From IMG/VR virus record IMGVR_UViG_3300031539_000008, positions 38,605 to 102,604 of that record: 64,000 nt of DNA, one strand, 5' to 3'. The position numbers and the translations under genes are program-made. Below, piece after piece: positions 1 to 8,871 of the stretch. This DNA comes from a virus. How positions within the stretch are numbered: position 1 is the first letter of the stretch; each line of letters begins with the position of its first letter. The notes under the pieces are model-generated. The model was not told the DNA's origin and searched no databases. It was given only the letters and a program-made list of their open reading frames with translations.

Positions 1-32
1 CGAGATTCATCGCCGGCCCTGGACGATGCCGT

Positions 33-194
33 ATGAACGACAAGGATGACGACAAGTGCACCTCCGGCTTCCACTGTGGGAACCAGGCCACCGAGCCTCA
101 CCCGTGCCCATACCGTGAGGAGATCAACGATGACAGCGAAACGCTGTGCACCTGCTGCCAAGAATGCGCGCAAGAGTGCGCCAACGACATCTAG
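33..194 (+). CDS. Small Cys-rich phage protein (53 aa)
   Basis: Hand-translated: MNDKDDDKCTSGFHCGNQATEPHPCPYREEINDDSETLCTCCQECAQECANDI; below the ORF track length cutoff. Confidence 0.6.
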   Translation: MNDKDDDKCTSGFHCGNQATEPHPCPYREEINDDSETLCTCCQECAQECANDI

Positions 195-203
195 GAGCCA
201 GTG

Positions 204-371
204 ATGGAAGAGTGGTTCCAGAAGATGCAGGACTGGCACGAGAGCCTGTGCAAGAGCCCGAGGGTTCACCGAATCAACGGCAAGGACACGACCCTGCTCT
301 GCATGCGCGAGAAGGGGCACGACGGAGACTGCATGGAAGCGCTCGCGGAGCCGGAGGATACCGATGACTGA
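204..371 (+). CDS. Hypothetical protein (55 aa)
   Basis: Hand-translated ORF MEEWFQKMQDWHESLC...; AGGAG upstream; overlaps the next start. Confidence 0.5.
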   Translation: MEEWFQKMQDWHESLCKSPRVHRINGKDTTLLCMREKGHDGDCMEALAEPEDTDD

Positions 372-780
372 CGCCTACCGGACCCAATCTCCGCAGCACC
401 AAGAAGCGTGGGACTGGGACGTAATCGTGTACCCAGACGGCTCCATCCGCGTGCTGTGCATCGCGAGCGAGTGCGTGCACAAGTGCAGCTACTCGTGTGA
501 CTGCGCGTCCAAGCCTCGGATTTCGTCACCCATCGTGGACGAGTACGAGAGACCATTGGTCGAGACGCCCTACGCCAACGTGTCGACTGGCGATGCGCGC
601 CATCTGCTGACGACGAGATCCGGCTCGCTGATCTCGGTAATGTCTGGCAAGACCTACCGCCTGCATGGACCCCGGGTCGTTCACCAAGACTTCGCGAGCA
701 CGTCGATCTGGGCGATTTACAGAGATCCGGAGCCACACCCTACGTGGATCCAACGCGTCACGGGGTGGCTGCATGCGTGA
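364..780 (+). CDS. Hypothetical protein
   Basis: 138-aa ORF, GGAGG RBS, overlaps neighbours. Confidence 0.6.
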   Translation: MTDAYRTQSPQHQEAWDWDVIVYPDGSIRVLCIASECVHKCSYSCDCASKPRISSPIVDEYERPLVETPYANVSTGDARHLLTTRSGSLISVMSGKTYRLHGPRVVHQDFASTSIWAIYRDPEPHPTWIQRVTGWLHA

Positions 781-1081
781 GCTGCCCATCGGAGCGACCG
801 GGGGCGCCTGCTACCCCGCCGAGCGCTTTCAGATCCGAGAAGGCTGGCAACTGGAGGTGACTCCGCTCACCCTCGGCCGCGCGCGCATCATCCACACGGA
901 CGGCGTGTCCGTGGACGACTTCTGGTGAATGCCATCCATGGAGGCCGCGGTCGTGGCCTTGGCGGAGTTCATGCTGAACGCTACGATGCTGGAACCCGAG
1001 GGCTGGAACCGATCCAGCTACGGCGCGTGGACACGCAGGCGCCCGAACCTGCTGCGTGAAGAGGAGTACGTCGCACCATGA
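773..1081 (+). CDS. Candidate selenoprotein (in-frame TGA at 926-928)
   Basis: MRELPIG...VSVDDFW-TGA-MPSMEAAVVALAEF...EPEGWNR...RRRPNLLREEEYVAP is one continuous frame; a hairpin follows the TGA. Confidence 0.55.
931..963 (+). promoter_or_regulatory. Bacterial SECIS-like hairpin
   Basis: Stem AGGCCGC (942-948)/GTGGCCT (953-959), loop GGTC (949-952), 21-24 nt after the TGA. Confidence 0.5.
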
Positions 1082-1311
1082 AACAATTTCTCAGTAGTGG
1101 ATTCTCTGGAGCCATGGCCGGTTTTGCCGTCGTCATCTTCGCCGCATTCATCATGTTTCCAAGTGAGGCTCCAAGACGCCCAGATCCAGAGCGCGCTCGC
1201 TTCATGCTGGAGTGCGTCTCCGACCACCAGTACGCTCCGTCGACCTGTGCGGCGATCTGGGAGGGAGAGGACCCCCCTCAGATGGCGAACGGCGTCAAGC
1301 CTGGCTGCTGA
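1078..1311 (+). CDS. Small membrane protein
   Basis: N-terminal hydrophobic helix GAMAGFAVVIFAAFIMF; ATGA overlap with previous ORF. Confidence 0.65.
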   Translation: MKQFLSSGFSGAMAGFAVVIFAAFIMFPSEAPRRPDPERARFMLECVSDHQYAPSTCAAIWEGEDPPQMANGVKPGC

Positions 1312-1339
1312 GCTGTCACTGCGTCGGATCTGCCGCGAG

Positions 1340-3775
1340 CTACGCCCTCATCATCCGCGATAGCCGCCGCCGCTCACCGGCGCGTCGATCATCGCGACGG
1401 GCACTCTTGCTGCTCCGGCGTTTGCGCGACACGAACCCACCGCCGGTCGCCAGGGCCATGTTGACCCGAGCAAACAGCCTGGTCCCCCAGGCGGAGGGGT
1501 TCTTGAGCCACCCCTCTCGTCGCGCGATAGCCTCTCGCTCCGCCTCGCCCGCCAGCTCGATGCCGCCGAATCCCATGACCGGCGGGGGCTCCGTCGGCGA
1601 GCGCGGCGACTCCTGCCACCGCGGCTTTCCCTCCCACCGCGTCGCGATGGCTTTGATTTGGGCCGCAGAGATGGGGACCCCGATGGCGTCAGCCACCATG
1701 TCGACCACCTTCTTGGTGATTTTCGTGGCGCCAGTTGCGTCCAGCGCATCCAGAAGCGTCCACTCGAAAGACCTGAGCGCGCTCTCGGCTATCCGATCGC
1801 TCACTCCCTCCATGGAGGCCGCCTCGGAGAGCGTGTAGCCGCCCAGGACGGCTTCCACGATTCGGAAGTCACGATGCTCCCGTTTGGCTCGGGCGCGCTC
1901 AGAGAGCACGTCTCGCCCCTTGGGCTCAGGTGGGACTGGCGGCCTACGCGCCATAATCCGCATCATCTCCTGGAACTCGCCCTTGCCGAGAGGCGTGTGC
2001 TTCCTCGGCTTCTTCAGCTTGGGTCGCTTGGCGTACCCAAAGGCTGGAGGAGGAGGGGCGACCGGAGCAAAGGTAGATGGCGGAGCCATCGCAGGAAACT
2101 TTCCACGCGGAAGCAAGCGCCTCCCTGGCTTGACGAGTTTCTCCTTGGGCCCACGGATCGGCTCGGTGACCCCCATGAGCTTGAGGGTCTCAGCCATCAG
2201 CTCCTCAGTGGGCTCCATGCCCTCCGCCGTGGCCAAGGTGCGCACCATCTTGCGGGTCCGCCGGTATTCCGCCAGCTCCGGATCCATTGGACCGCCCTTG
2301 CGCGCCTCGATCGCGTACCGAATCTCCTGGGGCATCCCGCGGCGCTTACGCGTGTACTTGCGCGTTCTCAGGATCCTGGGCGGCTCCGTCTCCCCGGCAG
2401 CGATGGCGGTGAAGACGGCGTCGCGTTCCTTGTCTGTGCCGAGGGCGGCAAACACTGCGTCATTGAAGCGGGCCTGAGCGAGAGCCGCAGCGCGCCCTTG
2501 CCGCTTGTCGATCCTTTGCTGGCGGAAACGTAGCTCGGACCAGAAATCGTGCACGTCGTGGGCCAGGAGGTCGGCCAGGAGCGCTGAGTCCATGGCCTGA
2601 CGCGATGCCTCGGTCCCGAGCAGCTCCCACAGCGCAGTACGCAGGCGCTGCTCGGACCAACTGGTCATCTTCCCGGGTTCGCGCCCCTCCTTCCGCATCT
2701 CCTCACGCAGCTCCATCACCTTCGCCATGAAGGCATCTGGATCACTGCGGAGTAGGTTTTTCAGGTGCTCGACCAGTTTCAGCTCGGCCGTGACTGCGGC
2801 ATCCGAATGAGACTTGCTGCTCGCCCCCGCCGCGTCCTTCACTCGGGTGATCTCTTCGGCGAGCGCCGCCTCGGACACCGTGCGTGAGGTCCCCGTTGGC
2901 AGCGCCGCCTGCATGGTGGCCAGGGTCACGAAGTCGGCGATCTGCTCGGCCTCGATGGGCGCCTGGTCGGCAGCCACCTTCTCGCCGTACTTCATCATCG
3001 CCTTGACACCGCCCTTGCGATAGTGACCGATGTACTCCTTGGGCTCCGCCCCACGCATCATTTGCATGGCGAATGAGGCTACGTCGTTCAGCTCCTTGAC
3101 GAGGTTGCGCCCGTCCAGCACTGGTAGGCGCCTGGTCCTGGTGAGTTCTCGCTCTCCTCGTGTCAGCTCCTGATGCAGCCTCTTGACCCTCTGGTCGTAG
3201 GGAGCGTCCATCCCAGGCGTAAGCAGCATCTTGGTAGCGGCGATGGCCCAGGTGAACTCGGCAGAATCCTTTGCCGCCTCGACGACCACCTTCTTCACCT
3301 CTTCGACGGTCTCTGGCTGTATCTCCTGCTGCTCGATACGCCTGGTGATCCGCTCCTCCATCGGCACCTTGAGCGGACCAGCGCGCTTGATGATCTTTGC
3401 GACGCCAACATGGGTGATCCCCACGATGCGCGCGATCTCGCGGTTGCTCATTCCTTCCGCGCTGAGCGCCAGGATCTTCTCTTGAGTCTCCCTGGGAGTC
3501 TCTCGTCCTTTCGTCGTTCCGCGTCCCTTTTTGGTCAGGAGTTTGCGAATCGTGTCCGGCTTGAGCCCGGTCGCCTTTGAGATTTCTCCGTGCTTCCGAC
3601 CATCATCGTGCATCTTGAGGATCAGCGCGGTTGTCCTCTCGTCCGGGTTGGCCATGGCCATGCTGGCCACTGCCGTGCTCAGCCCTAGCAGTTCCCCACG
3701 CGTCGGCGACCGCGCGGCGGACCAGTAGGTGGTGCGCGCGACTCGGCACTTCGATGGTTTCTTGGCCTTTGCCAC
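1340..3775 (-). CDS. Large basic protein with three HTH-like motifs and C-terminal tag-like helix
   Basis: GRKHGEISKATGLKPDTIRKLL; GMSNREIARIVGITHVGVAKII; GYTLSEAASMEGVSDRIA; ends RRRLSRMMRA. Confidence 0.8.
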   Translation of the reverse strand: MAKAKKPSKCRVARTTYWSAARSPTRGELLGLSTAVASMAMANPDERTTALILKMHDDGRKHGEISKATGLKPDTIRKLLTKKGRGTTKGRETPRETQEKILALSAEGMSNREIARIVGITHVGVAKIIKRAGPLKVPMEERITRRIEQQEIQPETVEEVKKVVVEAAKDSAEFTWAIAATKMLLTPGMDAPYDQRVKRLHQELTRGERELTRTRRLPVLDGRNLVKELNDVASFAMQMMRGAEPKEYIGHYRKGGVKAMMKYGEKVAADQAPIEAEQIADFVTLATMQAALPTGTSRTVSEAALAEEITRVKDAAGASSKSHSDAAVTAELKLVEHLKNLLRSDPDAFMAKVMELREEMRKEGREPGKMTSWSEQRLRTALWELLGTEASRQAMDSALLADLLAHDVHDFWSELRFRQQRIDKRQGRAAALAQARFNDAVFAALGTDKERDAVFTAIAAGETEPPRILRTRKYTRKRRGMPQEIRYAIEARKGGPMDPELAEYRRTRKMVRTLATAEGMEPTEELMAETLKLMGVTEPIRGPKEKLVKPGRRLLPRGKFPAMAPPSTFAPVAPPPPAFGYAKRPKLKKPRKHTPLGKGEFQEMMRIMARRPPVPPEPKGRDVLSERARAKREHRDFRIVEAVLGGYTLSEAASMEGVSDRIAESALRSFEWTLLDALDATGATKITKKVVDMVADAIGVPISAAQIKAIATRWEGKPRWQESPRSPTEPPPVMGFGGIELAGEAEREAIARREGWLKNPSAWGTRLFARVNMALATGGGFVSRKRRSSKSARRDDRRAGERRRLSRMMRA

Positions 3776-3800
3776 GGTTCAGTGTCGCATGCTCAGGCGG

Positions 3801-5342
3801 CTAGGTCCCCCGCATGGCCTTGCGGAGAATGTCCCTGGCCACGGGGTTCTTCTTGGCCTTCTTCTTGGCGGTTTTGACGCCCAGATACCCACCAGCGATG
3901 GCGCCGACAGGGCCGAGCAGGAGGGCACCGGCACCGCCGCCAATCGCCGCACGCTCTGCGCGCGATGGATTCTTCTTGGTCCGCTTCTTGGCCTTCTTCG
4001 CCGGCTTCTTCTTGGCTACGCCAGAGCGCCCCTTCGCCTTGCGCAGTGAGGCGCGGATCAGATCGACGGACTTCTTGCTCACTCCGCCGATGTCCCATTT
4101 CTTGTTCTGTTTGAGGTAGCGCTCGATGTCCGCCTTGGTGAGCGTCTCCGCGGTCTTGCCCCATTCATCTGGCGCGTAGACGATCCCCTTGAAGTCGGAC
4201 ACGAAGGCCAAGGTTCCGTCTGGAAACTGGACCCACCACTCGACGGTCAGCTTCTCGCCCACATCCTCCGGGCCAAGGGCCAGCGTTGGCTTGCCAAACG
4301 TCTTGACCAAATCTCCGTAGCTGGCGGTGATTTTACCCTTTTGACTGGTCCCATCCAGCAGCTCAAAGTCCACTTCGGACTCGGCGAGGGTGCGGTGGGG
4401 TCCGATTGGCGCAGCGGCACGCACAGGCGCAGCTTCAGCGCCCTTCAGCGCGACATAGGCCGAGGATGCGCGCGACTTCACCGAGGCCGCACGCGACTTC
4501 ACGGTGTCCCAGAACGATGGGTTGTCCAACGCCTTGCGGAACTCGGGATTCGTCTTGACCTGGCAGGCCTCGCACCCGCAGATCTCTGGGACCAGCGTGA
4601 ACTTGTCCGGGTTGGCCTGCGGACCGAAGCTGCCCTCGCCGCCGTAGTCCTTGACCAGAAACTTGCGCAGCATCGCGAGCGTGCGTCCGTGGCCGGCTCG
4701 CACCGACGGGACCCGCTCCAGGATCATCACGCTGCCCAAGCAGGATCGGTAGCCGTAGTGGTCCACACACTTGCGCAGGATCTTCTTCTGCGTGTCGCGC
4801 GGCTTGGAGAGAAATCCCTTGCCGCCGAGCTTGCCGGGTCGGGTGATAGCCTTGGCCATCCACTTCGCCTTGGGAGGCGTACCCTTGTTCAGTCGTGGGT
4901 TCGTCTTCATTTCCTTGTTGGCCCACTCAGTGGCCCGACGCACCGCATCGCTGATGGATTTGGCCTGGTGGGTCAGCTCGCGCTGCCTGGTACGGCCTTC
5001 GTCCTGGACGACGGAGTAGTAGTTGCCCGGAACGAACGGATCAAGGCCGACCGTGAGAAATAGAGCACCCTTGGTGAGTGCGGCGGTCTCGTTGACGTGG
5101 TCGATGGCCTCCAGCATCCAGCCGTTGACGGGATTCTTCACGGCCCCTCGTCTCGCCTTGCTCCTGGCGCCCGGCGGGTAGTAGGTCACCGGACCGACCC
5201 CCATCATGTGTCCGCCGATGCCTGACGTGGGCACCAGCTCCCCAAGCAAGTAGCTCTCGGGCACCGGGCCCGGCGGCATCCTCTTGATCTTGTGCCCCTT
5301 GGGCACCGATGACTTCCGTTTGGGAGGATTTTTCTTGGCCAT
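3801..5342 (-). CDS. Modular basic protein, 8 xNP motifs, C-terminal ILRKAMRGT tag
   Basis: 513 aa; modules separated by KKNP/VKNP/KTNP/QANP/LDNP; ends KKNPVARDILRKAMRGT. Confidence 0.85.
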   Translation of the reverse strand: MAKKNPPKRKSSVPKGHKIKRMPPGPVPESYLLGELVPTSGIGGHMMGVGPVTYYPPGARSKARRGAVKNPVNGWMLEAIDHVNETAALTKGALFLTVGLDPFVPGNYYSVVQDEGRTRQRELTHQAKSISDAVRRATEWANKEMKTNPRLNKGTPPKAKWMAKAITRPGKLGGKGFLSKPRDTQKKILRKCVDHYGYRSCLGSVMILERVPSVRAGHGRTLAMLRKFLVKDYGGEGSFGPQANPDKFTLVPEICGCEACQVKTNPEFRKALDNPSFWDTVKSRAASVKSRASSAYVALKGAEAAPVRAAAPIGPHRTLAESEVDFELLDGTSQKGKITASYGDLVKTFGKPTLALGPEDVGEKLTVEWWVQFPDGTLAFVSDFKGIVYAPDEWGKTAETLTKADIERYLKQNKKWDIGGVSKKSVDLIRASLRKAKGRSGVAKKKPAKKAKKRTKKNPSRAERAAIGGGAGALLLGPVGAIAGGYLGVKTAKKKAKKNPVARDILRKAMRGT

Positions 5343-5345
5343 GAC

Positions 5346-5624
5346 TCAGCGTCTTCCGCGACCCTTGAGCGTGAGCCCGATGGCACCACGGCCCACGATG
5401 GCGTTGTTTTCTTGTGGCCAGCGGCCGGCGATCGGACCGATAATTCCTGCGCGCTCTGGGTTGCCCATGCCACGCGGAAGGACCTGCGCGCTCATGTGGC
5501 GCCCATCGCCCTGGAGCGGTCCGTAGCTCTTGTTGGGCTTGTAGGTGGAAACCAGGACGCTGCGTCCGTCCAGTCCGCCGATGCCAGCTCCCAGATCTGT
5601 GTCGCTCATTGATGGGTTGTGCAT
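5346..5624 (-). CDS. Small protein with MxNPSMSDTDLGAGIGGL leader
   Basis: Start re-placed at ATG 5624 by identity with the start of 6277..6720. Confidence 0.75.
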   Translation of the reverse strand: MHNPSMSDTDLGAGIGGLDGRSVLVSTYKPNKSYGPLQGDGRHMSAQVLPRGMGNPERAGIIGPIAGRWPQENNAIVGRGAIGLTLKGRGRR

Positions 5625-5656
5625 GCCCTTGGTCTCTTTCTCTCGTGCAGACTGTC

Positions 5657-5908
5657 CTAGAATTTCGAGCAAAAGGGCGGCAGGTAGTCTCCGAGGTAGT
5701 GATTGCAACATTCGCAATTGAACTGGTTGCCCTGGTCGTCGACAGCGCACCGCTTGTAGTCTCCCTCTCCCGAACACGAGCGTGTGCTACCTGGGCTAGA
5801 GGTGATACGACCGCGACCACGCCGACGCGCGGGCTTCTGGTAGGCGGCACGGGTGGAGGCCGCAGATCCGCGTTTGCTTCTACTGGATGCCATGGATGGG
5901 TTGTTCAT
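5657..5908 (-). CDS. Basic leader plus 6-Cys peptide
   Basis: MNNPSMASSRSKRGSAASTRAAYQKPARRRGR followed by a Cys-rich tail ending LGDYLPPFCSKF. Confidence 0.75.
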   Translation of the reverse strand: MNNPSMASSRSKRGSAASTRAAYQKPARRRGRGRITSSPGSTRSCSGEGDYKRCAVDDQGNQFNCECCNHYLGDYLPPFCSKF

Positions 5909-6270
5909 CTTCGTTTCCTTTCAGTCCCTGACTCGGTTGCTAAGTGAAAGCCGCGATGGAGGGCCATCACCTGGACGACCCTCTCCACCCACCTCACATA
6001 TTCACGCACCAAGGAGGCAGGTATCCGCCCAACACGCGAGTGCAACACTGACCCTTGCCAGAATGCCAGTAGTAATCACTCCCGTGACTCTTCTTGCAGT
6101 CTGCGTCCTTGCCCAGATTCGATCCTCCAGGGACGCCGAGTGTCGCTCGTCCGCGCCTGCGCGCGGGCTTCTGGTAGGCGGCACGGGTGGAGGCCGCAGA
6201 TCCTCGTTTGCTTCTACTGGATGCCATGGATGGGTTGTTCATCTTCGTTTCCTTTCAGTTCCTGACTCGG
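5826..6270. repeat. 111-bp direct repeat (5826-5936 and 6160-6270)
   Basis: 2 mismatches; covers RBS region and leader codons of two adjacent peptide genes. Confidence 0.92.
5994..6242 (-). CDS. Basic leader plus 4-Cys peptide
   Basis: Same 32-aa leader as 5657..5908, different core ending LGGYLPPWCVNM. Confidence 0.75.
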   Translation of the reverse strand: MNNPSMASSRSKRGSAASTRAAYQKPARRRGRATLGVPGGSNLGKDADCKKSHGSDYYWHSGKGQCCTRVLGGYLPPWCVNM

Positions 6271-6276
6271 GTTTGG

Positions 6277-6720
6277 TTATCGGAACACGTTTTTCACTTT
6301 ACACATGCCCTTGCAGACCTTGAGCTTGTACTCAGCTCCGCCACCATGCTTGGAGATGCAGTCCGCCTCGCAGCGGTTGGATCCGCCGCCACGGGGAGAC
6401 ATGCCACCGCGAGCGCTGACGGCCTTCAGTGTCCCTCGCGTGCGACGACGCCCCATGCCCAACGTCTTGGGTGCCTGGGTCGAGACCGCGCCACGGTAGT
6501 AGTCGTCACCACGCTCTCCGTCGACCTGGAAGTGGTTGCCGAACACGCGGTTGGCGTAGGAATTGCCATCCGTATTCACCGTGGCTCGAAAGTGACCTGG
6601 CTGAACCTGCTGGAGGTCCACCGAGAACTCGCTTCCGAACACGCGTTGGGCGTAGGAAGGTGCGCCCAGTCCGCCGATGCCAGCTCCCAGATCTGTGTCG
6701 CTCATTGATGGGTTGCGCAT
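6277..6720 (-). CDS. Leader-bearing protein with C-terminal twin CX3C motif
   Basis: MRNPSMSDTDLGAGIGGLGA...CEADC...CKGMC. Confidence 0.75.
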   Translation of the reverse strand: MRNPSMSDTDLGAGIGGLGAPSYAQRVFGSEFSVDLQQVQPGHFRATVNTDGNSYANRVFGNHFQVDGERGDDYYRGAVSTQAPKTLGMGRRRTRGTLKAVSARGGMSPRGGGSNRCEADCISKHGGGAEYKLKVCKGMCKVKNVFR

Positions 6721-6738
6721 GTCCTTGCTCTCCTTCTC

Positions 6739-7032
6739 TCAGCGATTCGTATGGTACGCGAGCCTACAGACTCCCTGGCAGCAGACCCACAGGCCCTTGT
6801 GGTCAACCCTTGCCTTACAGCCGCGCGGGATCCTGGGTCGACTCGCTCGCTTGGTCGCTCCCACGCCACGGCGACATCCAGAGGACACCGGGGTTCCGAC
6901 GGGTAGCATGGTCTGCGCGGCGCATCCACCGATGCCGGGAAACCACAGCCCCATCATCGCTGGCTGTATGGCCGCTAGGTTCTCCAGCGCCATGGTCTCG
7001 CTGTCAGCTTCGGCTCTGCACGGGTTGAACAT
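6739..7032 (-). CDS. Cys-rich basic protein with RGVGA motif
   Basis: MFNP start; RRGVGATKR; CKARVDHKGLWVCCQGVC. Confidence 0.65.
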   Translation of the reverse strand: MFNPCRAEADSETMALENLAAIQPAMMGLWFPGIGGCAAQTMLPVGTPVSSGCRRGVGATKRASRPRIPRGCKARVDHKGLWVCCQGVCRLAYHTNR

Positions 7033-7463
7033 CAGACGATCCGCACGATGGTTGCGCCGCGCACGGTCGGCACCTCGGTCGGGACAACTTGATTCTGGTC
7101 GGAGATGTCGACCTGGACCGCGCCAGGCGCAGCGGCCTCCAGGATGAAGCGATGGATGTACGGCGCGCCCGGCATGGCCTCCTCGGGCTCCTCGACCTCC
7201 TCGGTGACGATCAGCGTGGGGTCACCCTCGACGGCTTCCGTGAAGATCGTCCACTCGTAGGCCGTGCCGCTGGCATGAGGCAGCTCGATGGTCAGCACGT
7301 CTCCGAGGTTCAGCTCAACCTCGGTGGGCAGCTCGGACAGCTCGGTGATGAGTACCTGCTCCGGAGGCTGCCCGCCGTTTCCGTCCTTGACTTTGTCGCC
7401 CTTGCTCTTGGCGAGCAGAATGACGGCTCCGACGATGAGAACTGGTACAAGTGGAAATGGCAT
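7032..7463 (-). CDS. Membrane-anchored chagasin-like (I42) cysteine-protease inhibitor domain
   Basis: N-terminal TM; LNLGDVLTIELPHASGTAYEW and MPGAPYIHRFILEAAAPG resemble chagasin NPTTGYxW and GAGG-xF-A-PG loops (degenerate). Confidence 0.6.
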   Translation of the reverse strand: MPFPLVPVLIVGAVILLAKSKGDKVKDGNGGQPPEQVLITELSELPTEVELNLGDVLTIELPHASGTAYEWTIFTEAVEGDPTLIVTEEVEEPEEAMPGAPYIHRFILEAAAPGAVQVDISDQNQVVPTEVPTVRGATIVRIV

Positions 7464-7479
7464 CTGTGTCCTCGGTCTT

Positions 7480-7854
7480 TCACCCGCAGATCGGGTACCA
7501 GCTCGTGCCGCTTTGATGAGCGACGAGCGCGTAGTTTGCTTTGACTTCCAGGACCGTCCCTGGGTAGCTCAGTCCGCCGCAGAAGATCGTTCCGTTGGTG
7601 ATGTCGACGCAGCAGCTCGCGTAGGAGCCGTAGTGTCGGGGGTAGTAGCCGGCCCACCACGCCCACCAGTTGCCCCACCATCCGCTGCCCCCGCTGCCCC
7701 CGCTGCCACCTCGGCCGCGCCAAGGGTGGCCTGGGCGCCAACCTCCGCCGCCGCCGCCACCACCTCGACCTCGGCGGGCACGTCCTGCACGTCCTCCGCC
7801 GCGCTGTCCTACGCCGCGACGACTTCGATGAATGGTGAGTTTGACTTCTCCCAC
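7480..7854 (-). CDS. Gly/Arg/Trp-rich protein with Cys-containing C-terminal domain
   Basis: KLTIHRSRRGVGQ; GWWGNWWAWW; 4 Cys. Confidence 0.65.
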   Translation of the reverse strand: MGEVKLTIHRSRRGVGQRGGGRAGRARRGRGGGGGGGGWRPGHPWRGRGGSGGSGGSGWWGNWWAWWAGYYPRHYGSYASCCVDITNGTIFCGGLSYPGTVLEVKANYALVAHQSGTSWYPICG

Positions 7855-7859
7855 GTGAG

Positions 7860-8183
7860 CTACCTGTCGTAGATCGAGCGAAATTGGTCTCTGACCAACT
7901 GATTGACGAGCTGCTTCTTGGTCACGCGACCGTACCGCTTGAGCACAGGCTTTTTTTTTGCCTTCTTGCGGCGGCGCTTGGGGTTGTGTGACTCGATGGT
8001 GGCCAGCTTCTTGTAGTAGGCCTTGTCTTCGGTCAGGTGATCCATGGCGATCTCGACGGCCACCATGAAGTCGCTGGTGTGCTCCGTCTCAACCAGCGCT
8101 CCGCGAGCGAGTTCCACGGCGTTGAAGTCAGAGGGGGACTTCCCCACTGACAGACCGCCGGGTATGCGCTCGCGCCACGTCAC
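7860..8183 (-). CDS. DUF5661-like protein with basic tail
   Basis: ELARGALVETEHT...AVEIAMDHLTEDKAYYKKL then HNPKRRRKK; GTG start overlapping the upstream stop. Confidence 0.7.
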   Translation of the reverse strand: MTWRERIPGGLSVGKSPSDFNAVELARGALVETEHTSDFMVAVEIAMDHLTEDKAYYKKLATIESHNPKRRRKKAKKKPVLKRYGRVTKKQLVNQLVRDQFRSIYDR

Positions 8184-8863
8184 GGAATCCGTAGCTTTCG
8201 CTTCCTCTTCGGAGTCTTCTTCTTCGCCACCTTCTTCTTGGCCTTCTTCTTGGCCTTCTTCTTTTTTCCTCCGCGTGGAACCTGTGTCCACTCGCCGGAT
8301 GCACGCATCTCCACGTCCGATGGAGCGTACCGCTCGGTCCACTCGCCAGAGGAGATCATTTCGCGTGACTTCTTGTGCGCCGCCTTGTAGCCGGCGTCTG
8401 GATTGCTGGCCGTGCCAGAGAGCAGGACCGACTCGGTATGCGGGTCGATCAGGCCCCACTGGATCTGACTCTTGGCGCCGGGGTTGGGCACCCAGACATA
8501 TGCCAGCTCGGACGGGTTCTTGGTGAACCGCGTGAGACTGCCAGGCGTGCCCATCACGATCCCCTTCCAGTAACCGAGCAACGCATGCGAGCGCTTGTCT
8601 CCCATGCCCTTGGGCCCACAGCTCATGCGTGGGCTGGCCGCGTATCCGCGAGCCATCGCGGCGTTGGCCCCGGCCGAGCACGAGGTCAGATCGTACTTGC
8701 TGGCCCCCATTTTTCCCTTCGCGCTCCGGCTGCGAATCGGGACGTAGTAGGCACCGCGCGCCTCGCTCCAGCGGATGCGCGCCTGTCCTCCGGCGACGCC
8801 GCGGCCCTCCTTGCGAACTGCGGCAAGCGCCTTGGCGAAACTGACTTTCTGCTTTTTGGCCAT
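8180..8863 (-). CDS. Basic protein with xNP motifs and Lys-rich tail
   Basis: TKNP, VPNP, ASNP; KKKKAKKKAKKKVAKKK. Confidence 0.8.
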   Translation of the reverse strand: MAKKQKVSFAKALAAVRKEGRGVAGGQARIRWSEARGAYYVPIRSRSAKGKMGASKYDLTSCSAGANAAMARGYAASPRMSCGPKGMGDKRSHALLGYWKGIVMGTPGSLTRFTKNPSELAYVWVPNPGAKSQIQWGLIDPHTESVLLSGTASNPDAGYKAAHKKSREMISSGEWTERYAPSDVEMRASGEWTQVPRGGKKKKAKKKAKKKVAKKKTPKRKRKLRIP

Positions 8864-8871
8864 GACTGATC

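Larger units (their letters stand above)
5570..6740. repeat. About 75-bp direct repeat (5570-5644 and 6666-6740) covering RBS and leader codons
   Basis: ccagtccgccgatgccagctcccagatctgtgtcgctcattgatgggttg shared; about 4 mismatches overall. Confidence 0.9.

Noticed and set aside
926-928. Genome-wide UGA recoding
   Set aside because: TGA is the normal stop of many well-defined genes (radC, recT, dnaB) with ATGA overlaps
5346-7032. Classical RiPP/glycocin cluster
   Set aside because: No transporter, C39 peptidase or adjacent modifying enzyme; the GT2 is 13 kb away beside the collagen gene; leaders share motifs with structural proteins
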